From an uncultured Desulfosarcina sp. (GTDB taxonomy: Bacteria > Desulfobacterota > Desulfobacteria > Desulfobacterales > Desulfosarcinaceae): a DNA stretch of 64,000 bases. The position numbers and the translations under genes were made by a program. Shown here piece after piece: positions 38,983-47,355 of this stretch. The stretch spans positions 1,888,001 through 1,952,000 of the forward strand of contig CAXXWQ010000003.1 in the NCBI GenBank assembly GCA_963674945.2, given 5' to 3'. The notes under the pieces are model-generated. The model was not told the DNA's origin and did no database searches. It saw nothing but the letters and a program-made list of their open reading frames with translations. Positions within the stretch are counted from its first letter, which is position 1. Every line of letters starts with the position of its first letter.

Positions 38983-39260
38983 GATAGGCTGAAGGCGTTT
39001 AGACTGAAGACAGACATGAACCGTGTTAGTATAATGATAATACGCGATTTCCACTTCAGCATTGCAGCACCTTCAGCCTTCTGCCTAAAACGTTAGACAC
39101 CTAACCTCATGCGTGATCACAAAAAAACTACGGGCATTTGAATCTGATCCGTTCTGTAAAAGCGAAACGCAAAGGAGAATAGACTGAGGGAAGACAACTG
39201 TGCTCAAGTGGGCAACAACCTGCCCCTTCAGCCTTCAACCTTCAGCCCAACAACCTAACC
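38983..39260. repeat. Two imperfect heptamer (GGCTGAA/CTTCAGC) hairpin tracts flanking a gene remnant
   Basis: GGCTGAAG..AGACTGAAG ... CTTCAGC..CTTCAGCCTTCTGCCT; AGACTGAG ... CTTCAGCCTTCAACCTTCAGCC. Confidence 0.65.
39109..39182 (+). pseudogene. Internally deleted four-helix-bundle (23S-IVP-like) gene remnant
   Basis: ATGCGTGATCACAAAAAA(A)CTACGGGCATTTGAA = MRDHKKLRAFE, joined to CTGATCCGTTCTGTAAAA...TAG = LIRSVKAKRKGE*; these resemble the N- and C-termini of the family. Confidence 0.55.
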
Positions 39261-39524
39261 ATGTACTATCCTTACTTCATCGCTTATATTGGAATCGGCC
39301 TGACCATCAGTCTGGCGGTCTTCTACTGGGCGTTTCGGACAGGTCAGTTCGGCGATCAGCAGCGGGCGCGCTATCTGCCGCTTAGAGACGATCACGATTC
39401 ACCGCCGGTAAAGGCAACCCGGTTCAACCGGATCGAGATCTACGGCCTTTTCATCCTGGCGATGGCAGGCGTGGGGGCAACGGCGGCGTTGTTGGCGTTC
39501 GCCCTATACTTTAGCAAACAATGA
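39261..39524 (+). CDS. ccoS: cbb3 oxidase assembly protein CcoS-like
   Basis: TM helix followed by WAFRTGQFGDQQRARYLPL. Confidence 0.8.
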   Translation: MYYPYFIAYIGIGLTISLAVFYWAFRTGQFGDQQRARYLPLRDDHDSPPVKATRFNRIEIYGLFILAMAGVGATAALLAFALYFSKQ

Positions 39525-39533
39525 GGAAAAACC

Positions 39534-39809
39534 ATGCGTTTTTTTGAACTGCTCAATTTTCAGCATACCATGGCCTGGGTCTTTCCCACGCTGATTTTCA
39601 TGGTGGTGTTCGGAGTGGGGTTGGCGTTTGCCCATCTTCACGGAAGGGACAGCGAAGAAAGACAAAAGCACATCACGGGTCGTTTTGCCGATGGCATCGA
39701 GGAGCGTGACGCACCGTACCCGTTAATAATGATTTTGATCATCGCCGGTATATTCATTTGGGGCTTTTTTTACATCGTCATGCACGGTGTATTGGGAGTA
39801 AAGATATAA
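39534..39809 (+). CDS. Two-TM membrane protein resembling the N-terminal (FixP_N) module of CcoP, without hemes
   Basis: TGRFADGIEERDAPYP between two TM helices, compared with the CcoP consensus TGHxxDGIEEYDNPLP; no CxxCH. Confidence 0.7.
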   Translation: MRFFELLNFQHTMAWVFPTLIFMVVFGVGLAFAHLHGRDSEERQKHITGRFADGIEERDAPYPLIMILIIAGIFIWGFFYIVMHGVLGVKI

Positions 39810-39810
39810 C

Positions 39811-40038
39811 ATGAATGAACAACACAATCACGATTCGCTTTTCAGAACCTGGGTCTGGCTCGGCATCATGCTTGGCATCATTTTGTTCAAAGGCTTTCTC
39901 GCCTTTACCGTGATTTCGGACATGGGGCAGCCGACCTGGGCGTATCGCCCGGTGAAAGATGTCCCGGCCGAATCGCCCTACGCCGTCTACCAGAGATTGC
40001 CCAATCCGCAACATATTCGAGGCGCCGGAGGAGAATAA
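39811..40038 (+). CDS. Small single-TM hypothetical protein of the oxidase operon
   Basis: Translationally coupled to both neighbours; one hydrophobic helix. Confidence 0.7.
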   Translation: MNEQHNHDSLFRTWVWLGIMLGIILFKGFLAFTVISDMGQPTWAYRPVKDVPAESPYAVYQRLPNPQHIRGAGGE

Positions 40039-40556
40039 TGGTCCGCATACTGTCCGTTTTCCTGGTTGCCTGCACCGTGGGCCTTGCCGCGTGGGGATTG
40101 ATCACCACCTATGACGAGCTGATGCCCGTTGGCCGTATGTGGTGGACACCGGCCATCAAACCCCATGAAAACCCCATTCCGGTGATGGCGGCCGGCAGCG
40201 TGCCGGTCTCCGGTGGCGAGGCCTTGTTTCGTGCCGTAACGGTCGAAGATCTGAAACCGCCCTTTGATATGGCAGAACCCGCGGTGATCGATGCGGGAAA
40301 GACCGCCTACGGGTACTATTGTGTCCACTGTCATGGAAAAAATTTCGATGGCTATGGCACGGTGGGTCAAAGCTTCGCACCAAAACCCCGTGACCTGCGT
40401 GATGCCAAGGTGCAGGCCATGGCCGAAGGAAAATTGTTCAAGGAGATCAGTTTCGGTCTTCCGGATGGCCGTCAGCCAACGCTGGCCACCACGATCGCCC
40501 CGAATGATCGGTGGCGGGTCATTGCATATGTAAAGAGTCTCGGCCAGCGCGAATAA
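40038..40556 (+). CDS. Monoheme cytochrome c, ActE-like
   Basis: M..TPAIKPHE..GSVP, YCVHCHG..DGYG.V, DRWRVIAYVKSL. Confidence 0.8.
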   Translation: MVRILSVFLVACTVGLAAWGLITTYDELMPVGRMWWTPAIKPHENPIPVMAAGSVPVSGGEALFRAVTVEDLKPPFDMAEPAVIDAGKTAYGYYCVHCHGKNFDGYGTVGQSFAPKPRDLRDAKVQAMAEGKLFKEISFGLPDGRQPTLATTIAPNDRWRVIAYVKSLGQRE

Positions 40557-40557
40557 T

Positions 40558-40684
40558 GACGGCTTCGTAAAAAGTCCGATATCGGCGTTACACTTCGCCC
40601 CCTCGTCACTGCGACGTGTCCAACCATACGCCTCATTCCTCAAAGGCTCGCAAGCCTTGATCTCGAACTTTTTACGAAGCCGTC
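40558..40684. repeat. ERIC-like palindromic MITE, copy F
   Basis: GACGGCTTCGTAAAAAGT...ACTTTTTACGAAGCCGTC perfect 18-bp TIR; homologous to 19860-19985. Confidence 0.85.
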
Positions 40685-40701
40685 TGAAATCCGTAATATT
40701 C

Positions 40702-40965
40702 GGAGTTCAGGAATCTTCCCAAGCGGAGCGGACAGGATGATTTGATGACACTTTGCGCTGTTTGAGCCACTTAGGAGGCCGAAAATCGGCGCCTGGGATA
40801 GAGTGATGTTGGCGATGAAGCCATCGGAAACGATATTGTTTCGGTAGACGTTTGGAATGCGCCGATGTCAGGCATCCTTAGGGGCGAGTTCGCAAAGCGT
40901 CAGCAAATTATTCTGTTCGCGTAAACACGGATCCCGAAAATTAAAATATTATTCATCGTAACTCC
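40702..40965 (+). other. Large nested stem-loop element (structured RNA or MITE)
   Basis: 40728-40757 pairs with 40891-40920 (25 WC + 3 G-U of 30); inner stems CGGCGC/GCGCCG and GAAAC/GTTTC; outer GGAGTT/AACTCC. Confidence 0.65.
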
Positions 40966-41052
40966 AACAACGAATAATTGGATTGTGCATTTGTCCTCTA
41001 TCATTTCACATTTTCAGTCTGGCACAATAGCTCACACACACGATTCGATTCC

Positions 41053-43521
41053 ATGACACCCACCAGCTGTGATCTATGCGGACTGCCCCTTCGCTACGGT
41101 GCGATCCCCCACACCGTCCAAAATACGAAGCTTCTTTTCTGCTGTCAGGGATGCCGGATGGTCTACACCATGCTGCTGGAATCGGCCGAGGTGAGTGATC
41201 CCTCCCGATTCCGAGAAAGTGACCTGTTTAAACAGTGCGTGGCAGCCGGGGTAATTCCGGCCGACGAAGCGGATCTGAAACGCCTGCAGGATGACAAGCC
41301 GGCCGCCGAGCAAGCCGGTCAACCGGAAACGGCGTCCCACAATCCCGAACCCGAGGGACAACTTCGCGTTGACCTGACGGTGGATGGCATGTGGTGCCCG
41401 GCATGCGCATGGGTGATCGAAACGGCGCTCTCCCGGCTGGAAGGGGTCAGCCGTGCAAACTGCCATTTTTCCACCGATCGGTTGCGCTGCCACTACCGTC
41501 CCGAGCGCACCGACCCTCATCAGATTCGCCTGGTCATCCAACGATTGGGGTATACGGTCCGAGATCCGGACACCAACAGCGCCGGTCAGTCGAATCTGCG
41601 CAGTGAACTCGTACGGTTAGCGATCACCGGACTTCTCTCGGCCAATGTGATGATGCTCTCCTGGGCACTCTATGCTGGTTTCTTTACCGATCTTTCCGGC
41701 GATGCCGTGTTCAAAATCTCTCTGCCCATCTTTCTCATGGCCACGGTGGCGGTCGTTTACGGCGGCGGTCCGATGTTTCGAAAAGCATGGTTCGGCATAA
41801 TACATCTGGCACCGGGAATGGAGACACTGGTGGGGTTGGCCGCTGGCTGTGCCTATGGTTACAGCCTGATCAACTGGCTGCGCGGCAGTATCCACCTTTA
41901 CTTCGACACCGCATGCATGCTGATCACCCTGGTGTTGTTGGGCAAACTGCTCGAGGGGCAGGCCCGCAGCCGCGTACGCAGTGACCTGGATCATTTTTTC
42001 GCCATGCAACCGGCCAAGGCCCGCGTCCTCGCCCCCAATTGGCCATCGGGCCGCTGGGTGGCCATCGACCTGATCGCCGCCGGGGACCGGATTGTTGTCA
42101 AAAAGGATGAAATCGTGCCGGTGGACGGCCGGGTGGCATCCGGCCGCGCATCCATCGATGAATCCGCGCTGACCGGAGAAGCGCGCCCAAAAACTGTGCG
42201 TGCCGGCGAACCGATCAAGAGCGGCACCCGGATCGTAGACGGTCGGGTGGTGGCCATCGTCGACGCCATCGGCACGGCCACCGTTCTCGGCCAGATGATC
42301 ACGATCATGACAAACAGCCTTGCGCAAAAAAGCGAATTCGAAGGCCGCACGGATCGCATGCTACGCTGGTTCGTTCCCGTGATCGTCGTGCTGGCCATGG
42401 GCACAGGTCTGGCTTGGATCCTGGTAGGACTTCACCTGGATCAGGCCCTGGTGCGCGCGGTGACCGTATTGGTCATCTCTTGCCCTTGCGCCCTTGGCGT
42501 GGCCATCCCCATGGCGCGGCTGGCCGGCGTTTCCATGGCCGGACGCAGGGGCATCCTGGTTCGCGAAATCGAGGCCTTTGAACGGGCGGGCAGCGTGGAC
42601 ACCATTGTCTTCGATAAGACCGGCACCCTCACCAACGGCCGCTGGGAAGTGATGGGTGTCGATGTCACGCAGGGAATCGATCCGGAAACGGCCATCGGCT
42701 GGGCCGCCGGTCTGGAGAAAGAAGCGGATCATGAAGTCGCACGGGCCATCATCGCCCATGCAAAACACTGGAAAATCCCCATTCCAGCGGCAACCGATGT
42801 TCGCGTCCATTCCAACGGTATCATCGGCCGCGTGGACAATCGCAGGATGGCCATCGGCGGTGACCGGTTCATCGGGGAAAAAACAGATGCGGCACCCGGC
42901 CCGGTGGGTGAAGAAATCGAAGGGCCGACCTCATCTGTTTTTCTGGAAGTCGACGGCCGGCAAATCGCGACGTTCTATTTTGGCGACACGATCCGTTCGA
43001 CAGTTCCGGAACTGATCCAAAGGTTGAAGAAGGAATACAAAAAGATCGCCATCGTATCCGGTGATGGTGAAACCGCGACCCGGCAATTGGCCCGAATCAT
43101 CGATATTGCGGACGCAAAGGGAAATTTGCTGCCTTCGGACAAGGCCGATTACATCGATGCGCTTACCCGAAAAGGCCGTTGGCCGGCCATGGTGGGAGAC
43201 GGGATCAACGATGCCGCGGCCATGGCGCGCGCGCACCTTTCCGTCGCCGTACACAGCGGTCAGGCACTGGCCGCCGAGGTTGCCCACCTCACACTCATGC
43301 GCGGGAACCCGGCCCAGCTTACGGATTTTTTCCGCCTATCCCGGAACGTCAACCGAAAGGTGATGCAGAACCTGTGGTGCGCCTGGATCTATAATCTCAT
43401 CGGCATTCCGGTGGCTGCAAGCGGATTGTTGACCCCTCTTTGGGCCGCCACGGCAATGCTTCTCTCCAGCTTGACGGTCATCGGAAATACCCTGCTGCTG
43501 GTCCGGCGAAACCGGCCTTGA
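41053..43521 (+). CDS. ccoI: CcoI/FixI-type heavy-metal (Cu) P1B ATPase
   Basis: CDLCG..FCCQGC, HMA GMWCPAC, YFDT, TGE, SCPCAL, DKTGT, GDGIND. Confidence 0.9.
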   Translation: MTPTSCDLCGLPLRYGAIPHTVQNTKLLFCCQGCRMVYTMLLESAEVSDPSRFRESDLFKQCVAAGVIPADEADLKRLQDDKPAAEQAGQPETASHNPEPEGQLRVDLTVDGMWCPACAWVIETALSRLEGVSRANCHFSTDRLRCHYRPERTDPHQIRLVIQRLGYTVRDPDTNSAGQSNLRSELVRLAITGLLSANVMMLSWALYAGFFTDLSGDAVFKISLPIFLMATVAVVYGGGPMFRKAWFGIIHLAPGMETLVGLAAGCAYGYSLINWLRGSIHLYFDTACMLITLVLLGKLLEGQARSRVRSDLDHFFAMQPAKARVLAPNWPSGRWVAIDLIAAGDRIVVKKDEIVPVDGRVASGRASIDESALTGEARPKTVRAGEPIKSGTRIVDGRVVAIVDAIGTATVLGQMITIMTNSLAQKSEFEGRTDRMLRWFVPVIVVLAMGTGLAWILVGLHLDQALVRAVTVLVISCPCALGVAIPMARLAGVSMAGRRGILVREIEAFERAGSVDTIVFDKTGTLTNGRWEVMGVDVTQGIDPETAIGWAAGLEKEADHEVARAIIAHAKHWKIPIPAATDVRVHSNGIIGRVDNRRMAIGGDRFIGEKTDAAPGPVGEEIEGPTSSVFLEVDGRQIATFYFGDTIRSTVPELIQRLKKEYKKIAIVSGDGETATRQLARIIDIADAKGNLLPSDKADYIDALTRKGRWPAMVGDGINDAAAMARAHLSVAVHSGQALAAEVAHLTLMRGNPAQLTDFFRLSRNVNRKVMQNLWCAWIYNLIGIPVAASGLLTPLWAATAMLLSSLTVIGNTLLLVRRNRP

Positions 43522-43618
43522 CAAACCTGAAAAAAGGAACCATTTATATTTCCTTATGCACGTTATCTCGTAAGTCGGATACCGGATAACGGCGGAAACC
43601 CACAGAAAGAGGTAAAAC

Positions 43619-45319
43619 ATGGCCCAGAACATCATCATCGTCGGTGGCGTCGCCCTTGGCTCCAAGGCCGCATGCCGATTCAAACGACTGGAACCCCAAT
43701 CCAAGGTCACCATCGTGGACCAAGACCGATTCGTCTCCTATGGGGGATGTGGTATACCATTCTATGTCTCCGGCGATGTCAGTGACGTCGATGATTTGCG
43801 CAAAACCAGCTTTCACATGCTGCGCGACGAGGCATTTTTTAAAAATTGCAAAGATATCGAGGTTCGCACACAAACCCGTGCACTTCGCATCGACAGGGAA
43901 AACAAGCAACTTCACATTCAAGGACCAGACGGCCGGCAGGAGGCGCTGGATTACGACCAACTGGTACTGGGAACCGGAAGCCGCCCCCGACGCCTGCCGA
44001 TACCGGGTACAGAACTTCCCATGGTTCATACCTGTACCAACCTCAACGACGCCCAGGCCATTAAGGATCTGGTCACCAATGGTCAGGTGGAACGGGCCGT
44101 CATCGTCGGCGGAGGCTTCATCGGTATCGAGATGGCCGAGGCCCTGGCCGACATGTGGGAGGTGGAAACCACCGTCATCGAATACTTCGACCAGATCATG
44201 CCCGGTTTCGTGAGCCCCCAGTTCGCCCGAATGGCCCAGAGCGAGATGGAGAAAAACGGCGTTCACTTCCTGGTCGGTGAAGAGGTGAAGGCCATCGAAG
44301 GCAAAGAGAGCGTCGAAGCCGTGGTGACGAACAAACGCCGATTGGAGACGGACCTGGTGATCATGGCCATCGGTGCCGTCCCCAATGTAGACCTGGCGAA
44401 AGAAGCGGGTCTGCGCATCGGAACCACCGGTGCCATCGTCGTGGATGAACACATGCGCACCTCCGACCCCGTGATCTATGCCGGGGGGGATTGTGCCGAA
44501 ATTCCCAACCTGGTCACCGGAAAGCCGGGATATTATCCTCTGGGCTCCATGGCCAACCGCCAGGGCCGTGTGATCGGAACCAATCTGGCAGGTGGAAATG
44601 CCGTGTTCAAGGGCGCGGTCGGCTCATTCGTGATCAAAACCTTCGAGGCGGCCCTGGCCGGCACCGGCTTGAGCCTGGAAATGGCGAAAAGAGGGGATTT
44701 CGATGCGGTGAGTGTCCAGGTGGCGCAGCTGGATCGGGCCCATTTTTATCCCGGCAAGGCCATGATGCACCTGGAACTGGTCGTGGAGAGAAAATCCCGG
44801 CGCATTCTCGGCATCCAGGGATTTGGAGATGACGGGAATTCCGTCGTGGGACGCATCAACATGGTGGCCGCCATCCTGGAAGACCACCCCACCATCGATC
44901 GCCTCAGCAACCTGGAACTGGCCTACTCGCCGCCATTTTCATCGGCCATGGACGTTCTCAATGCTCTGGCGAACACCGCCGAGAACATGCTGGACGGCCT
45001 TTACCGGCCCATCGATGCGAAGGGTTTTTCCGAAAAATGGGCCAATGGAGACGGCAATCTGCTGATCCTCGACTGCCGTGCCAGGCAGGACGGTGAGGCC
45101 TATGCCAATAAATATCCGGAACGTTGGATCAACATCCCCCAGGATGAGCTGCGGCGACGCATCTCCGAGATCCCCCCGGACAAGGACCTGATCCTTATCT
45201 GCAATACCGGTGTCCGGTCCTACGAGGCCCAACTCAACCTGAAGGAGATGGGGTGCGGCGATGCGGTCAGCGTGCAAGGGGGAATTGTGACGCTGAACAA
45301 GTGCGGCCTGGATTTATAA
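43619..45319 (+). CDS. CoA-disulfide/persulfide reductase family flavoprotein with C-terminal rhodanese domain
   Basis: SYGGCGIP, GGGFIGIE, LAYSPPFS, C-terminal ICNTGVRSY. Confidence 0.9.
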   Translation: MAQNIIIVGGVALGSKAACRFKRLEPQSKVTIVDQDRFVSYGGCGIPFYVSGDVSDVDDLRKTSFHMLRDEAFFKNCKDIEVRTQTRALRIDRENKQLHIQGPDGRQEALDYDQLVLGTGSRPRRLPIPGTELPMVHTCTNLNDAQAIKDLVTNGQVERAVIVGGGFIGIEMAEALADMWEVETTVIEYFDQIMPGFVSPQFARMAQSEMEKNGVHFLVGEEVKAIEGKESVEAVVTNKRRLETDLVIMAIGAVPNVDLAKEAGLRIGTTGAIVVDEHMRTSDPVIYAGGDCAEIPNLVTGKPGYYPLGSMANRQGRVIGTNLAGGNAVFKGAVGSFVIKTFEAALAGTGLSLEMAKRGDFDAVSVQVAQLDRAHFYPGKAMMHLELVVERKSRRILGIQGFGDDGNSVVGRINMVAAILEDHPTIDRLSNLELAYSPPFSSAMDVLNALANTAENMLDGLYRPIDAKGFSEKWANGDGNLLILDCRARQDGEAYANKYPERWINIPQDELRRRISEIPPDKDLILICNTGVRSYEAQLNLKEMGCGDAVSVQGGIVTLNKCGLDL

Positions 45320-45337
45320 TCTATTTCATTTTCATCC

Positions 45338-45365
45338 GTGCGGGTACTCCGACGAGTGCCCGCAC
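45338..45365 (+). terminator. Hairpin downstream of the flavoprotein gene
   Basis: GTGCGGGTACTC-CGAC-GAGTGCCCGCAC followed by a pyrimidine-rich run. Confidence 0.5.
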
Positions 45366-45580
45366 CGGCCTATCTTCTCTGCTCTTTCGTTTAACGGCCC
45401 CGATCGGACCGCAACCCAGCGGAAAACACGAGCCTTGTATGTTGCGCTGCGACCACCGTTCGCACCCGAGCGCCGGATGACACAGAAAACATGACTTGCC
45501 AAATGGCCGAAAATGAACGATAATTCGGTAATTTTCGTTCCATGATGACGATTTCAAATTTTTTCTAAGAGGAGAAAGAG

Positions 45581-47026
45581 ATGAAAAGACACCTGTTTCT
45601 GATCGTCTGTTCAGCGATTCTGATCACCGCTTGTGCCGCCCCACAGCAGGCAAACATTCCGACGGGCAATCCTGCGGAGCTGGTCAGTCAGTTGGAAACC
45701 AACCTGGCCGAGGCTCGTGCCAATCAGGTGGATGTACTGGCACCGGGATTGTTCAACGATGCCCAAAGCAATTTTAACAAGGCAACGCAGGGGCTGTCGC
45801 AGGGTACCAAATTGTCAAAAATCAATGAATATGTAGCCCAAGGCAATGCTAGTCTGGAAAAAGCATTGGAGATCGCCCAAGTATCCCGAACGATACTGGC
45901 AGAGACAAACAAAGCCAGAGACAAAGCCCTGAAGGTCGGTGCGGACAAACTCGGAAAACCTTACGAGGACGTGCAAAAGCAGTACATGAAATTGACCCAG
46001 GCAATCGAGTCCGACAATTTGAGTTATGCACAAAAAAATGCCGGCAACGTACAGACGGCATTTCGGGAACTCGAAATCATGGCCATCGAACAGGATGCGC
46101 TGGGAAGTGCCCGGGACATCCTCGCAGATGCACAGGAGAACAAAATCCCGAAGATCGCTCCGTCCGCATATGATGATGCCACCGGTGCCATAAGCCAGGC
46201 GGAAACCTATATTCGGCAAAATCCCTACGAAAGCGAGAAGATCAGCCAGAAAGGGGCCAATGCGAAATTTCTCGCACAACGGACCATGGTCATTGGAGAA
46301 AGTAGCGAGAAATTCAAGGAGATGTCTCCGGAACAAACCGCTCTTTATCTTGAAAAATTGATGACACAACTGGGCGAGACATTGAAAATCGGAGATATCC
46401 GTGACAAGGATGTCGAGGCCCAGCTTAGTGCATTGACGGGTGCAATCGAGAACATTGACCATAAAAATCAGGCGCTCGAAAAAGAAAATCAACAATACCA
46501 GGACCAGATTGCCGATCTGAACAAACAACTGGAAGGGATTCAAGGATATGCCAGTGCGCAAGAGGCGGCCAAACGCCGATTGGCCGCAGAACGAGCATTC
46601 AACGAACGCTTCAATGAAGTACAGCACTTTTTCCGGCCCGAGGAGGCGGAAGTGTACAAGCAGGGCGGCCAACTGGTCATCCGATTGAAGGGAATCAAAT
46701 TCCCGGTGGGACAGGCAACCTTGACGCCGGATAATTATACCCTGCTCAGCAAAGTGCAGCAGGCCATTCAAACCTTCGAAAAACCGACCGTCACCGTAGA
46801 GGGACACACGGACAGTACCGGTTCGACAATGACAAACATGGCACTTTCCCAGCAGCGCGCAGAGGCAGTGATGACCTACTTGATCGCCAACAACACTTTG
46901 CCCGAAAACCGAATCAAGGCAACCGGTTATGGTCCAGACCGGCCACTGGCACCCAACACCACACCCGAAGGAAGGGCCATCAACCGGCGCATCGACGTCT
47001 TGATTTCTCCCTCCCAGACGCCATAA
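45581..47026 (+). CDS. OmpA-domain lipoprotein with long helical N-terminal region
   Basis: Lipobox LITAC; VEGHTDSTG, LSQQRAEAV, GYG..RP.A.N.TPEGRAINRRID. Confidence 0.92.
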   Translation: MKRHLFLIVCSAILITACAAPQQANIPTGNPAELVSQLETNLAEARANQVDVLAPGLFNDAQSNFNKATQGLSQGTKLSKINEYVAQGNASLEKALEIAQVSRTILAETNKARDKALKVGADKLGKPYEDVQKQYMKLTQAIESDNLSYAQKNAGNVQTAFRELEIMAIEQDALGSARDILADAQENKIPKIAPSAYDDATGAISQAETYIRQNPYESEKISQKGANAKFLAQRTMVIGESSEKFKEMSPEQTALYLEKLMTQLGETLKIGDIRDKDVEAQLSALTGAIENIDHKNQALEKENQQYQDQIADLNKQLEGIQGYASAQEAAKRRLAAERAFNERFNEVQHFFRPEEAEVYKQGGQLVIRLKGIKFPVGQATLTPDNYTLLSKVQQAIQTFEKPTVTVEGHTDSTGSTMTNMALSQQRAEAVMTYLIANNTLPENRIKATGYGPDRPLAPNTTPEGRAINRRIDVLISPSQTP

Positions 47027-47069
47027 CCTTGTATTTCCGGATCTTTCGTTTTCGAAAAAAACGCACGGC

Positions 47070-47112
47070 AAACCGACCAGGAGGTTCCATCCCCTGGTCG
47101 GTTTCTCTTTTT
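47070..47112 (+). terminator. Rho-independent terminator of the OmpA-domain gene
   Basis: AAACCGACCAGG...CCTGGTCGGTTT then CTCTTTTT. Confidence 0.75.
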
Positions 47113-47235
47113 CAGTTGGGGAAAACAGGAAAAGAATGAAATTTTTTTCATGATCATTGGGTAATTTACTACCCAAAAGAACGACCCGATATCTGTACAC
47201 CATCATAACCATCCGATTTTACTAAGGAGTTTAAA

Positions 47236-47251
47236 TGGAATGGATTTTGCT
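47236..47251 (+). promoter_or_regulatory. Candidate sigma-54 promoter
   Basis: TGGAATGGATTTTGCT (GG-N10-GC spacing). Confidence 0.55.
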
Positions 47252-47355
47252 GTTCCAGGGAATGTGGCGTGACCGGCCGGCCATGGGCAAAGTGTAAATC
47301 GGAGTGTGAAAAGCCTTCAACTGTAAATGACATTGGAGGAGAGGAGCGAAAACGG

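Noticed and set aside
36544..39260. CRISPR array
   Set aside because: Repeats are 7-mers forming hairpins, not ~30-nt repeats with unique spacers; no cas genes
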